From Patescibacteria group bacterium (GTDB taxonomy: Bacteria > Patescibacteriota > Minisyncoccia > Phycocordibacterales > Phycocordibacteraceae): DNA of 64,000 nucleotides. This document shows, piece by piece, positions 43,206-53,157 of the stretch. Position numbers and translations under genes: made by a program. The stretch is from assembly GCA_040384705.1 (NCBI GenBank), contig JAZKIU010000001.1, forward strand, positions 542,053 to 606,052, in the 5' to 3' direction. The notes beneath the pieces are model-generated. The model saw only the letters and a list, made by a program, of their open reading frames with translations. It was not told where the DNA came from and ran no database searches. Position 1 is the stretch's first letter. Each line of letters opens with the position of its first letter.

Positions 43206-43386
43206 GCGAGTATAGCAAAAAGACGGCGGGGGTGGGAAATCCCCGCCGTCTTTCCGAAAGTCCTGATACCAAGGAACACCCGTCTCACGACGCTTGCCAA
43301 CCAGTGCAGTCGCGCACCGGTCGCCACACTTACGCATGGTGCTGTATTCATAGCATATACAGCCGTATCTGCTACAGTCTTAACAA

Positions 43387-45369
43387 ATGCCCGAGACGAA
43401 GGAGACATACGAAGGACCGATCATCATCACGCGTACCGGAAAAGGATTCTTCTCGGCCGACCCTGAGAAGCCCGACCTCTACATCCCTGCCGAGAACCTC
43501 GGCGGTGCGTTCCCTGGCGACATCGTCCGGATAGAGACAGCGGGAACCGAGTTCGACCCTAGGACGCGCGAGAAGCGCATCATCGGCAAGGTGGTGGATA
43601 TCGTGGAGCGTAACCGCACGACGTTCGTGGGAGCGCTATACCGGAACGAGGAAGAGAACCTTGTCATGCTCGCGCCCGATTGGAAGAAGATGTACGTGCC
43701 GTTCGTGGTGAAGGGCGAGTCGCTCCCGCTCGGCCACAAGGTGCTCATCCGTTTCCAGGGATGGGCGAGCAACCAGCCGTACCCGTGGGGCACGCTCGAG
43801 GAGATAATCGGGCCTGCCGGAGAGCACGAGACCGAGATGCGGGCGCTCGCACTTTCCCAAGGATTCCGCAGCGACTTCCCTCCCGGTGTGATGCAGGAAG
43901 CGAAGGAACTCGAGACGACAGGAAGGGCGACCATCGCTGCCGAGGCGGCAAAAGCGCTTCCCGAGAGCGAACGCGAGACGAAGGGACGCCATGACTTCCG
44001 CGGCATCACGACCTTCACCATCGATCCGTTCGATGCGAAGGACTTCGATGATGCGCTTTCAGTGCGCACGCTTGCGAACGGAAACACGGAGGTGGGCGTG
44101 CACATCGCCGACGTCTCGTATTTCGTACGCCCCGGCACATCGATAGACGCGGAGGGTCGCGCCCGCGCCACTTCGGTGTACCTCGTCGACCGCACCATCC
44201 CAATGCTCCCGCACGTCCTCTCGAACGACCTCTGCTCACTCAACCCGAACGAGGACCGGCTCGCGGTGTCCGCCGTCTTCGAGCTCGATGGCAATGCCGG
44301 GATAGTGAACCGATGGTTCGGCGAGACCGTCATCCACTCGGATAAGCGCTTTACGTATGAGGAGGCGCAGGAAGTGCTTGATGCGCAGGACGGCATCTTC
44401 CTTGCCGAACTTAATACCCTGAAGACGCTCGCCGATAAGATACGCGCCCGCCGCGTATCGAAGGGCGCGATAGCCTTTGATACCCCTGAAGTGAAGGTGC
44501 TCATCGACGAGAACGGCAAGCCGACCGATATCGTGCTCAAGGAGCGCCGCGCTACCAACCTCCTCATCGAGGATTTCATGCTGCTCGCGAACGAAGCGGT
44601 AGCCGAGTACCTCTCGGAAGCGACGAAAGCCGCGAACATCCAGAGTTCCGTCATATACCGCACGCACGATGTGCCTGATGCGGACCGCATCGAGAGCCTC
44701 GCGCAGTTCCTCAAAGTGATGGGCTACAACCTCGAGAGCACGAACGGCAGGGTGAAGGGCACCGCCATCAACGAACTGCTGACCGAAGTCGCCGGGAAGC
44801 CCGAGGAATACCTCATCAAGGTCGCCGCGCTCCGGTCCATGGCCAAGGCGATATACGCCACCAAGAACATCGGGCACTTCGGTCTCGCGTTCGAGTTCTA
44901 CACGCACTTCACTTCCCCAATCCGCCGCTACCCTGACCTCCTCATCCACCGCCTCCTCAAGCACTACCGCAACGAAGGCGAGTTCAGCAAGGCGCAGGTC
45001 GCAGAGCTCGACGAGCTATCCCTCCATTCGTCCGAGCGCGAAGTGTCCGCCGCCGAGGCCGAGCGCGATTCCATCAAGCTCAAGGTAGTGGAGTTCATGG
45101 CCGACAAGGTCGGCGAGGAGTTCGATGCGGTCATCTCCGGCGTGTCCGAGCGCGGTCTCTACGTTGAATTGAATACGACGCGTGCGGAAGGCATGATACG
45201 CATACGGGATCTCGGTGATGACTACTACATCCACGACGAGAAGCGCTACCGCATCGTGGGCGAGCGCACCAAGAAGGAGTACGCGCTCGGTGACCCTATC
45301 AAGGTGAAGCTCATCGCTGCCCGGGTGATGGAGCGCGAGCTCGATTTCGCTATCGTTCCGAAGGGTTAG
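43387..45369 (+). CDS. rnr: Ribonuclease R
   Basis: TIDPFDAKDFDDA, HFTSPIRRYPDL and a C-terminal S1 domain. Confidence 0.95.
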   Translation: MPETKETYEGPIIITRTGKGFFSADPEKPDLYIPAENLGGAFPGDIVRIETAGTEFDPRTREKRIIGKVVDIVERNRTTFVGALYRNEEENLVMLAPDWKKMYVPFVVKGESLPLGHKVLIRFQGWASNQPYPWGTLEEIIGPAGEHETEMRALALSQGFRSDFPPGVMQEAKELETTGRATIAAEAAKALPESERETKGRHDFRGITTFTIDPFDAKDFDDALSVRTLANGNTEVGVHIADVSYFVRPGTSIDAEGRARATSVYLVDRTIPMLPHVLSNDLCSLNPNEDRLAVSAVFELDGNAGIVNRWFGETVIHSDKRFTYEEAQEVLDAQDGIFLAELNTLKTLADKIRARRVSKGAIAFDTPEVKVLIDENGKPTDIVLKERRATNLLIEDFMLLANEAVAEYLSEATKAANIQSSVIYRTHDVPDADRIESLAQFLKVMGYNLESTNGRVKGTAINELLTEVAGKPEEYLIKVAALRSMAKAIYATKNIGHFGLAFEFYTHFTSPIRRYPDLLIHRLLKHYRNEGEFSKAQVAELDELSLHSSEREVSAAEAERDSIKLKVVEFMADKVGEEFDAVISGVSERGLYVELNTTRAEGMIRIRDLGDDYYIHDEKRYRIVGERTKKEYALGDPIKVKLIAARVMERELDFAIVPKG

Positions 45370-46094
45370 CCCGCGTCCGCAAGCGCCGCCTCGACCTTCT
45401 CGAACCAGATGCCGTATCCGTCCCCGCTCGGATGGAAGCGGTCGGCGGCATAGTATCGCTCTATATCCTTATTGAAGGGTTCATCTTCGCGTTCGTTAAA
45501 GAGATCGACATATCGAGCCGTAGGGTATAACGCTATGACTTCGAGATAGAGCTTTCGCACGCTCCGGGAACGTTCCGTATAGAGCGCGCTTAATGGCCAT
45601 CGGAATACCGGTGCCAGTCCTACGTTACCCGCGCATATGACGATGATATGGGGCGCCATAACGCTCGCCTGCTCAAGAGCCGTAGTGAGCCGGGCGCGAA
45701 TATCCTCCTCGGGGGTCATACCGATAACATCGTTCGCCCCTATCTGGAACACGACGAGGTCATAGCGTTCTTCCGTGCGTACTTCGAGCCGGTCGAGGAA
45801 CGCTTCGAGCTTCAGGCCATTCTCGGAATCATTCACAATCATCGCTTCCGGATAGCGAGCGCCAAGGCGCCCGGCAATGGATTCTTCGGGCCGGCCCCCT
45901 GTGCCGACGACAGTGCTGTCGCCCATAACGAGGATGCGCATCGAGGGTGCCGTGGGGTTCTGCACATAAGGCACAGTCGCTTCCATGAGCGGCTTCGTGT
46001 CGCGAACCGCTCGGACTATCGGAGCAAAGAGATACCCTCCGTATCCAATGATTGCTATCACGAGGACAGCTAGAAGTATCTGCAGAGGAGTCAT
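45366..46094 (-). CDS. SGNH/GDSL hydrolase
   Basis: GDST, GAND and DRFHPS motifs. Confidence 0.9.
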   Translation of the reverse strand: MTPLQILLAVLVIAIIGYGGYLFAPIVRAVRDTKPLMEATVPYVQNPTAPSMRILVMGDSTVVGTGGRPEESIAGRLGARYPEAMIVNDSENGLKLEAFLDRLEVRTEERYDLVVFQIGANDVIGMTPEEDIRARLTTALEQASVMAPHIIVICAGNVGLAPVFRWPLSALYTERSRSVRKLYLEVIALYPTARYVDLFNEREDEPFNKDIERYYAADRFHPSGDGYGIWFEKVEAALADAG

Positions 46095-46157
46095 GAGCGC
46101 TGTATCCGTAGTATGGCTAGGAAGTAGTGAACGTGAGGTGAGACAGGATTCTACGAA

Positions 46158-47384
46158 TTATACGGTCTCGAGTATGCGGGTGAGCGCAAGCGCATACGCC
46201 GCCTCACGGAGCGTCACTCCCTTACCCTCCGCGAAGTCCGCGACGTCGCGATATGCATCATGCATGACGCCCGAAAGGCGCTCGCGCACCTGCTCCTTCG
46301 TCCACGACTCCCCTGCTCGGTTCTGGAGCCATTCGAAGTACGAAACAGTGACCCCTCCTGCGTTCGCGAGCACATCAGGAATGACCGTTATGCCCTGCTG
46401 AGTAAGCATCTCGTCAGCTTCAGGAGTGACGGGACCATTCGCCACCTCGAGCACCACATCGGTCGTGATGCTGCTCACGTTATCCGTGCGTATCTGCTCT
46501 TCGAGCGCTGCGGGTACCAAAATGACCGAAGGGGTCGATAGTACAGCGTCAGCCGGGAGCATCTGCGCATGTTCCATCTCTTTTGCGTTACACACCGAGC
46601 CGTGGAGCTCCTTGGCTTCGAGCGCCATTTCTATATCGAGCCCGGCGTCGCTACGGATAGTGCCATGACTATCAGCGAGCGCGATGACCTTCCCTCCATT
46701 CTGTTCTATGAGCCGCGCTATCTGCGCGCCTGCGTTACCCGCTCCTTGCACTGCTGCCGTGAGCCCTGCAAGAGAACGGTGCTGGTCGGTGAGGAGCGCA
46801 TTCAATACATCGAACGCCCCGTCAGCGGTCGCGGTGTCGCGCCCAAGCGACCCCCCACGATCGATAGGCTTCCCGGTTATCATCGCGGGCGATGGCTTCC
46901 CCACTATCTCCTCGTATTCGTCGAGCATCACCGCCATGATGTCGGCGTTCGTGTAGACGTCGGGCGCTGGGACATCGGTATCGGGACCGAGATGCTCCGC
47001 GAATGCTTTCACGTACTCGCGCGCGAGCGCATGCAGGTCAGCAGTCGCGAGCTTCTTTGGGTCGACGGCGACCCCGCCCTTCGCGCCTCCGAATGGGATA
47101 TCCACTACCGCGCATTTGATGGCCATCATCGCGGCGAGCGCTGATACCTCATCCTCGTCGGCGTCGGGGTGGAAACGTATACCGCCCTTGTACGGACCAC
47201 GCACGTTATTGAACTGCACGCGGTATGCCGGGAATGTAGCGGTTCCACCAGCTACAAGCGGAATGGTGAGCTCAGCGCGTAGGACACGATCAGGGGTCTC
47301 GAACCGCTCGCGCGTTCCGTCGGATAGAGCGAGGAGCTTCGCCGCCTTGTCTACGTGGTATTTGAAATAGTCGAGTGCGGCCAT
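46158..47384 (-). CDS. gdhA: Glu/Leu/Phe/Val dehydrogenase (glutamate dehydrogenase)
   Basis: GPYKGGIRFH, GGAKGG, DVPAPD and ANAGGVTVSYFEW motifs. Confidence 0.93.
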   Translation of the reverse strand: MAALDYFKYHVDKAAKLLALSDGTRERFETPDRVLRAELTIPLVAGGTATFPAYRVQFNNVRGPYKGGIRFHPDADEDEVSALAAMMAIKCAVVDIPFGGAKGGVAVDPKKLATADLHALAREYVKAFAEHLGPDTDVPAPDVYTNADIMAVMLDEYEEIVGKPSPAMITGKPIDRGGSLGRDTATADGAFDVLNALLTDQHRSLAGLTAAVQGAGNAGAQIARLIEQNGGKVIALADSHGTIRSDAGLDIEMALEAKELHGSVCNAKEMEHAQMLPADAVLSTPSVILVPAALEEQIRTDNVSSITTDVVLEVANGPVTPEADEMLTQQGITVIPDVLANAGGVTVSYFEWLQNRAGESWTKEQVRERLSGVMHDAYRDVADFAEGKGVTLREAAYALALTRILETV

Positions 47385-47492
47385 AGGAAGAAGTTACAAG
47401 TATACGGCGTAACGAGGAAACGGGAAGCTGGGATAAGAAGACGCCCGCGGCTTTGCCGCGGGCGTTCGTGAAGGTGCTGGACTCCGTCATAT

Positions 47493-47675
47493 TCAGCCGA
47501 GCATATGCTTGCCCGGTGTTTTCGAGAGAATTCCAGCCTCTTCATGGAACTTCGGCTTGGGCGCCGAATGAGCAGATCGCGGAGGAAGCAATGCTTTCTC
47601 CTCCTCTCGCTTGAACCACTCATCTTCCTGGTCGGAAGAGATGCCAATCGGACCTTCGGTTGAATCCTCTGCCAT
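47493..47675 (-). CDS. Small hypothetical protein
   Basis: GGAGGG SD and downstream terminator at 47440-47468. Confidence 0.55.
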   Translation of the reverse strand: MAEDSTEGPIGISSDQEDEWFKREEEKALLPPRSAHSAPKPKFHEEAGILSKTPGKHMLG

Positions 47676-47739
47676 GACTGTACCCTCCTAGCCGTCTGTA
47701 TACCTGTAACCAGCGAAAACCGCAACTGGTTTCTATGGA

Positions 47740-49977
47740 TCATTTCGCCACGACCGCAGCCTCCTCGAACTTCACCGACAGAAGTTTCGAGATACCATCA
47801 TTGCCCATGGTGACGCCATAGAGTATTCCGGCGCGGCTCATGGTCTCCCGGTTATGCGTGATGACGATAAGCTGCGACTTCTTTGCGAGTTCCTCTATCA
47901 TGTCGCCATAGCGGCGGGAGTTCGCTTCATCGAGCGCAGCGTCGGTCTCATCGAGTATCAAGAATGGAGGCGGGTTCACCTGGCTCATGGCGAAGATGAG
48001 CGCGATGGAGGTGAGCGCGCGTTCGCCGCCCGAAAGCTGCATGAGCGACTGCACCTTCTTGCGTGGCAGGTTCACCGATATCTCGATGCCTGGCTTCCAC
48101 TGCTTCGTCTTCGACTCCTCCACTTCCTCGTATTCCTCTTCGTCGTCCTCATCACGACTCTTCCTCGGTTCAGGCTGCTCCTCGAGCACGAGGCGTGCGC
48201 CTCCACCTCCGAACATGAGCGCGAAGAATTCTCCGAACGAGGTGTTCACTTTAGCTAGCCCTTCAGCGAAGCTCTTCTGGAGCTCGGTATCAAGGTCCGT
48301 GATGAGAGAGCGTAGGCCCTCGGCCCCAGAAGCCAGGTCCTCGAGCTCACGCGTGAGGAAGGCTTCGCGCGCGGTCGCGTCCTCGTATTCCTTGCGTACG
48401 TCCTCTCCCGTGCCTCCTGCCTCCTCCAGGCGTATCTTGAGGCGCTCCAGCATGCGCTTACGATCCTCCTGCGCCCTCCGTTCTTCTTGAGGAAGCTCGG
48501 TGAGCGGGGTGTATGAAAATGCGGAGGAGCCCGCGAGTGCGAGCACTTCTGCCCTATCACGCCCGAGCTCCTCGCTGAGGTAGTTGAGCTCGCGCAAGCG
48601 CCCTTCCTCGCGCGCCAGCTGCCCTTCCTCATGCGCCTTGCTCTCCGCGAGCCCGAGGATGCGACGCTTCTCTTCGCGTCCCGTTTCCTCGTGCGCGAGC
48701 GCGGATTCGCGCGCCTTCATGAGCTCGCTCCGTGCGCGCTCTATCTTCGCTGCGAGCCCGCCATCCTTCTCGAGAAGTGCGGTGCGCTCGTTCTCGAGAC
48801 GCATGACGGTCTGCTCCTCCTCTGCCATATAGTCATCCGCAGGCGATGCGAACCGCTCGAAGAATGCGCTGACCATGCTGCGGACTGCTGAGAGCGCGGC
48901 ACGAAGCGCATCAGGGGTCGGATCCTCGATGCTTGCCTGCTTCTCTATCTCCTCACGAAGTGCCGCGAGGTCCTCTCGGGGCACTTTCACGTACGGCTCC
49001 CGCGCTATCTGCACGCTGCGCTTCTTCGCCTCATGCAGCCCTCCCTCGACCCGCCCTATCTCACGCGCAAGTTCGCTCCGTTCCGCTACCACCTTATCCA
49101 CGTCGCGCTCTGCCTGACGGATGGCTTCGGAACGCTTCATGCCTTCGGAATCGGTGGTCGCGCGCTCGTCGAACACCGCGAGCTCGGCGCTCGCGGCCTC
49201 GAGCTTCTCGCGAGCGTTTCGTTTCCTGCTTTCCGCCCCCTTCTTCTCTTCCTCTATGTACCGCTCCTCTATGGCGAAGTAGGTTCGCGCGAGCTCAGCG
49301 AGCTCGCGGGCGAGCTCCTCTGCGCGCTCGAGCTTCTGCACCTGCTTCTCGAGGAAGCGTATGTGCGGCGCTATCTCCCGGCGCAGCAGCTCTATCTCCC
49401 GCACGTTGTCTTCCGTCTTCTCGAGCTTGCGTTCTGCCTCCTGCTTCTTGAACTCGAAGACCTTGAGCCCGAGCGCGTCCTCGAGCATGGCACGGCGTTC
49501 TCTCGGGGCCGCGACCAGGATACGGTCGGCCTCGCCCTGGGAGATGATGTGGTGGCCGGTGTCACCGATGTTCGCGGCCGCGAGCAGCTCCTGCACATCG
49601 CGGAGGCGCGCTTTCGAGCCATTGATTGAGTATTCGCTTGCGCCATCTCGGAAGACCGCGCGCTCCACCGTCACCTCGTCGAAGTCGAGCTTCGGGAACG
49701 TGCGTGTCCCGTTCCTCTCCTGGTTATCGAAGACAATGGCGACCGCGGCACGGCTCGAGCGCGGGTGCGTGTGCGAGCCCGACCAGATGAGGTCCTCGCT
49801 GCGCTTCCCGCGCATGGACTTCATCGACTGCTCGCCGAGCGCGAAGCGGAATCCTTCCGCGACGTTCGATTTGCCGGAGCCGTTCGGGCCCACTATGGCG
49901 GTCGCAGCCGACGAGAAATCAAGCACGGTCTTCCGCGCGAATGATTTGAACCCTGCGATCTCGAGCCGCTTCAGCAT
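47740..49977 (-). CDS. smc: Short SMC-family ATPase
   Basis: GFKSF, GPNGSGKSN, LSGGE and LDETDAALD motifs; 745 aa with no evident hinge. Confidence 0.92.
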   Translation of the reverse strand: MLKRLEIAGFKSFARKTVLDFSSAATAIVGPNGSGKSNVAEGFRFALGEQSMKSMRGKRSEDLIWSGSHTHPRSSRAAVAIVFDNQERNGTRTFPKLDFDEVTVERAVFRDGASEYSINGSKARLRDVQELLAAANIGDTGHHIISQGEADRILVAAPRERRAMLEDALGLKVFEFKKQEAERKLEKTEDNVREIELLRREIAPHIRFLEKQVQKLERAEELARELAELARTYFAIEERYIEEEKKGAESRKRNAREKLEAASAELAVFDERATTDSEGMKRSEAIRQAERDVDKVVAERSELAREIGRVEGGLHEAKKRSVQIAREPYVKVPREDLAALREEIEKQASIEDPTPDALRAALSAVRSMVSAFFERFASPADDYMAEEEQTVMRLENERTALLEKDGGLAAKIERARSELMKARESALAHEETGREEKRRILGLAESKAHEEGQLAREEGRLRELNYLSEELGRDRAEVLALAGSSAFSYTPLTELPQEERRAQEDRKRMLERLKIRLEEAGGTGEDVRKEYEDATAREAFLTRELEDLASGAEGLRSLITDLDTELQKSFAEGLAKVNTSFGEFFALMFGGGGARLVLEEQPEPRKSRDEDDEEEYEEVEESKTKQWKPGIEISVNLPRKKVQSLMQLSGGERALTSIALIFAMSQVNPPPFLILDETDAALDEANSRRYGDMIEELAKKSQLIVITHNRETMSRAGILYGVTMGNDGISKLLSVKFEEAAVVAK

Positions 49978-50048
49978 TTCCCCAATTATACCGTACGAAA
50001 AGACCGCCCTCTTGCGAGGACGGCCATGGTTCGAGCCTTCGACGAAGC

Positions 50049-50594
50049 TTATGCGTCCACGAAGGGTTCGGTGAGGAACGGATCGCGGGCGAAATGACCG
50101 GCGAGCGGTCCTATGAGCGCGGCTATTTCCTCCGAGCGCATGCTCGGAAGGATACCCGCCGCAAGCAGGATGCTCATCGGGATCTTCTCGATATCAGAAG
50201 CGCCGAGCGCCGAAAGCGCCATGAACGCGCCGCACACTCGCTCAAGAAGGCTATCGGCCGTGGAGCCGGTCGGCAGTGCCTGCGTCTCAACGTCACGAAG
50301 ACGCTGATCGAAGAATGGATGCGTAGTTCCCTTCGCGAACAAATCCGCCCAGGTGTAGGAGTCAACGAGCGCGAGCTCATCGGCCTCCATGTTGGTGCGA
50401 GCCACGCCAGCCAGGACGCTCCCATCCCGTGCGTACACCTCGAAGAGGATGGCGCAGGGGATGGCGGGCGACACCTTCATGAGATTCGTTCGATACAGGA
50501 ATCGAGCGAACGTTCCGCCCACCCTATCGCGCAGCCCGTCGAGTTCCGGGTTCGCGTAGCTGTACGGCCCCACGATCTTCAGGTTGGTATTCAC
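50049..50594 (-). CDS. Hypothetical protein
   Basis: GGGAG SD and downstream terminator; no motif recognised. Confidence 0.6.
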   Translation of the reverse strand: MNTNLKIVGPYSYANPELDGLRDRVGGTFARFLYRTNLMKVSPAIPCAILFEVYARDGSVLAGVARTNMEADELALVDSYTWADLFAKGTTHPFFDQRLRDVETQALPTGSTADSLLERVCGAFMALSALGASDIEKIPMSILLAAGILPSMRSEEIAALIGPLAGHFARDPFLTEPFVDA

Positions 50595-50694
50595 GGTGGT
50601 TTCTCCCTAAATGCAGCTCTAAACCCACCTTCTCACACACGCCCGGATGTGGAAAGCCGCTCCCCCGAGATGGAGAAGCGGCTTGTTGTTGGCC

Positions 50695-51120
50695 CTACGG
50701 CGCATGCGCCGCATCGTCTTCCGTGCCGAGCTCGTAGTCGTTCTGCACGGTGAGCAGAGTGAGCGCGAGAATACCCAGGCACAGGGCGTCGAAGAATACG
50801 ATCGCTATCCCAGTCCAGACCGGCACGGATTCACCGGTGTGACGAAGTCCGATCATGAAGACCGAAGCAATCGCCGCCGCCAGGCCGAAGCACGCAGCAG
50901 TGCGTCCGGCATGGCTTCTGACATGGTCATCCATGAGATGGCTAGCGAAGAACGCGAGGAAGGTGCCGGTCGCGAACCAGTTGACGAAGTATGAGAGGAA
51001 CTTCGCGGTCGGCTCGTCCCCGAGAGTCGCCAGCACGAGCCATATCTGACTCGCCATCATGCCCCCGGCCGCCAGGAACACTGCCCAGGATTTGAGAAAC
51101 GACATCGTGCGTCGAAGCAT
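50695..51120 (-). CDS. Hypothetical four-TM membrane protein
   Basis: Hydrophobic segments; TTGACC..CATACT promoter upstream. Confidence 0.6.
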   Translation of the reverse strand: MLRRTMSFLKSWAVFLAAGGMMASQIWLVLATLGDEPTAKFLSYFVNWFATGTFLAFFASHLMDDHVRSHAGRTAACFGLAAAIASVFMIGLRHTGESVPVWTGIAIVFFDALCLGILALTLLTVQNDYELGTEDDAAHAP

Positions 51121-51269
51121 AGCAAGTACCCCATTGCGCAGCCGGTGGATTCCGGACTGCATTCTGGTGCTGAGTATGCAGTAGATACTGTGGAGGTCAA
51201 TATCGATACGCACCATACGAAAAGCCGCCTCCCTTGGGGGAGGCGGCGGCCGTCATCTGGTGATGACGG

Positions 51270-51578
51270 CTAGAGCGGAAAGCCATCGATCGGCGTCCCG
51301 CGTGCACTGAGGAGGAGCATCCATCCGATCGCGAAGAACAGGCTCATGGCGATGGCGACTCCGATAGTGAGCGGCCAATAGCCGCGCCGGTACGTCTCGA
51401 TCATGGCGATGGTGCCGAGCACGATGCATGCGAGCTCGAAGACCATGAGCGGCAGGTCCACCGGGGTTATCCCTAGGACCCACGTGATGAGGCTCGCAGC
51501 GATCGCGATGGCGAACACTGCGGCCAGGCGTCGGAACCAACGGATGCGGCCGACTTCGAACAGATTTGAAAGACCCAT
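51270..51578 (-). CDS. Hypothetical three-TM membrane protein
   Basis: AAGGAGG SD, TATAAT upstream and terminator at about 51219-51250. Confidence 0.68.
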   Translation of the reverse strand: MGLSNLFEVGRIRWFRRLAAVFAIAIAASLITWVLGITPVDLPLMVFELACIVLGTIAMIETYRRGYWPLTIGVAIAMSLFFAIGWMLLLSARGTPIDGFPL

Positions 51579-51628
51579 ATGACCTCCTTATTCCCCGGAA
51601 ACGATTTCAGGTCGTATGGATTATACAA

Positions 51629-52315
51629 CTACACTATATCTTTAGCAAGCGCCGCCTGCGCCGCGCTCTGTTCCGCTTCCTGCTTGCTCCTCCCTGTTCC
51701 TTCTGCCACCTTCTCGTCACCGAGGTATACGCCCACCGTGAAGTGCTTGTCGTGGTCGGGACCCACTTCCGAAAGCGTCTTGTATGTGGGTGTCGTGCTC
51801 TTCTTATCCTGCGCTATCTCCTGGAAATGCGACTTCGCATCCTGGTATGAGCCGGTCGCGATGACGTTATCTATCTTCGAATAGAGATGCGTGGCGACGA
51901 ACGCTTCGGCAGCAACGTAGCCCTGGTCGAGGTATATGGCACCGAGGAGCGCCTCGAACGCGTTCGCGAGGATGATGAGGCGCGCGCGCCCCGTGTCCTT
52001 CTTCTCTCCCTTGGACAGCAGCAGCATGTCGTTGAGCCCTATGCGCTCCGCGACGTCGGCGAGCGAGTACGTATTCACGAGCGCCGCCCTGTATGCGGTG
52101 AGGTCGCCCTCCGGCTTGTTCGGGAAGCGGTTGAAGAGGAAGTGGGTGACGGCGAGCTCGAGCACGGCGTCGCCGAGGAACTCAAGGCGTTCGTTGTGGT
52201 TCCCTGCCCCGCGGTTCTCATTGAGATACGAGCGATGGGTAAGAGCCTCGATGAATATATCGAGGTCCTTGAAGGCGAGGCCCAGCTGCTCCGCGTGCGT
52301 CTTGAATTCAGGCAT
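51629..52315 (-). CDS. rnc: Ribonuclease III
   Basis: NERLEFLGDAVL motif and dsRBD. Confidence 0.97.
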   Translation of the reverse strand: MPEFKTHAEQLGLAFKDLDIFIEALTHRSYLNENRGAGNHNERLEFLGDAVLELAVTHFLFNRFPNKPEGDLTAYRAALVNTYSLADVAERIGLNDMLLLSKGEKKDTGRARLIILANAFEALLGAIYLDQGYVAAEAFVATHLYSKIDNVIATGSYQDAKSHFQEIAQDKKSTTPTYKTLSEVGPDHDKHFTVGVYLGDEKVAEGTGRSKQEAEQSAAQAALAKDIV

Positions 52316-52398
52316 AGAGTGAAGTGAACCACAAAATGTATAAAAGAAAAGCCGCGGCAGGTGGAGCTGCTGCGGCTTGGAGTCTGGTCGGTTCGCCA

Positions 52399-53058
52399 TT
52401 AGGGCCGGGTAAGGCCATTCATGCCCTCGTGGGTATCAGGAGGGACGATGATGAGGCCCTTCTCGTACAGGCGATGGTACTGGGAAGGAAGGAAGCCCTG
52501 GTCCGCCATGATCCGATGGAATTCGTCCACGCTGACGTATTTAGGCACTTCGCCTTCGTTCTCGTGATGCTCGCTATTGAGCAGCGACAGGACATTCTCC
52601 TCGACATCGACCGAGACGAGCACGTTCCAGAATCTTCCGCGCCAGACAGCGCCCTCGTACTGGTAGTGATGCGTCTCCGGCGAGAGCGCGAGGCCGGTCT
52701 CGCCATAGATTTCACGGACCCCGGTCGTGAGCACCGTTTCATCGTCGTGCTTCTTGCCGCCCGGCATCTTGTAGTACCAGGGCTGGCTCTTGCAGTAGTC
52801 GATGACGAACACGTATCCGAGGGGGATACGCTTCGGGCGTACGGCTTTCGCAGCAGCCTCCTCTTCGGTCAGCTCGCGACCGATCGGATCGACCGAGAGC
52901 GCTCCGTTCGGGAAGACCCTGATGAACGCGATGACCGACCACGTATCGTCGGGCCGACCGTTGTCGGCGATGAACCGATTCATGATCTGCTCGTCGATAG
53001 CGGATGGGATGCGAACCTCGCACCCATTGAGGTCGAGGGCCGAGAATCTGAGTGTCAA
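52399..53058 (-). CDS. Nudix-fold hypothetical protein
   Basis: Variant Nudix box GKKHDDETVLTTGVREIYGETGL. GAGGAGG SD before TTG and own promoter at 53123-53150. Confidence 0.72.
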   Translation of the reverse strand: MTLRFSALDLNGCEVRIPSAIDEQIMNRFIADNGRPDDTWSVIAFIRVFPNGALSVDPIGRELTEEEAAAKAVRPKRIPLGYVFVIDYCKSQPWYYKMPGGKKHDDETVLTTGVREIYGETGLALSPETHHYQYEGAVWRGRFWNVLVSVDVEENVLSLLNSEHHENEGEVPKYVSVDEFHRIMADQGFLPSQYHRLYEKGLIIVPPDTHEGMNGLTRP

Positions 53059-53157
53059 AACGCACCTCCTCGCAGCTGTGCTGCGTTATTTCGAAGGAGG
53101 CGCACTACGCACCTCTGGCCGCATTATATATACGAGTACGGAAATGTCAATCTCTCC

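Noticed and set aside
47740-49977. SMC as a truncated pseudogene
   Set aside because: Both head halves are intact in one frame; short SMC-like proteins are typical of this lineage.
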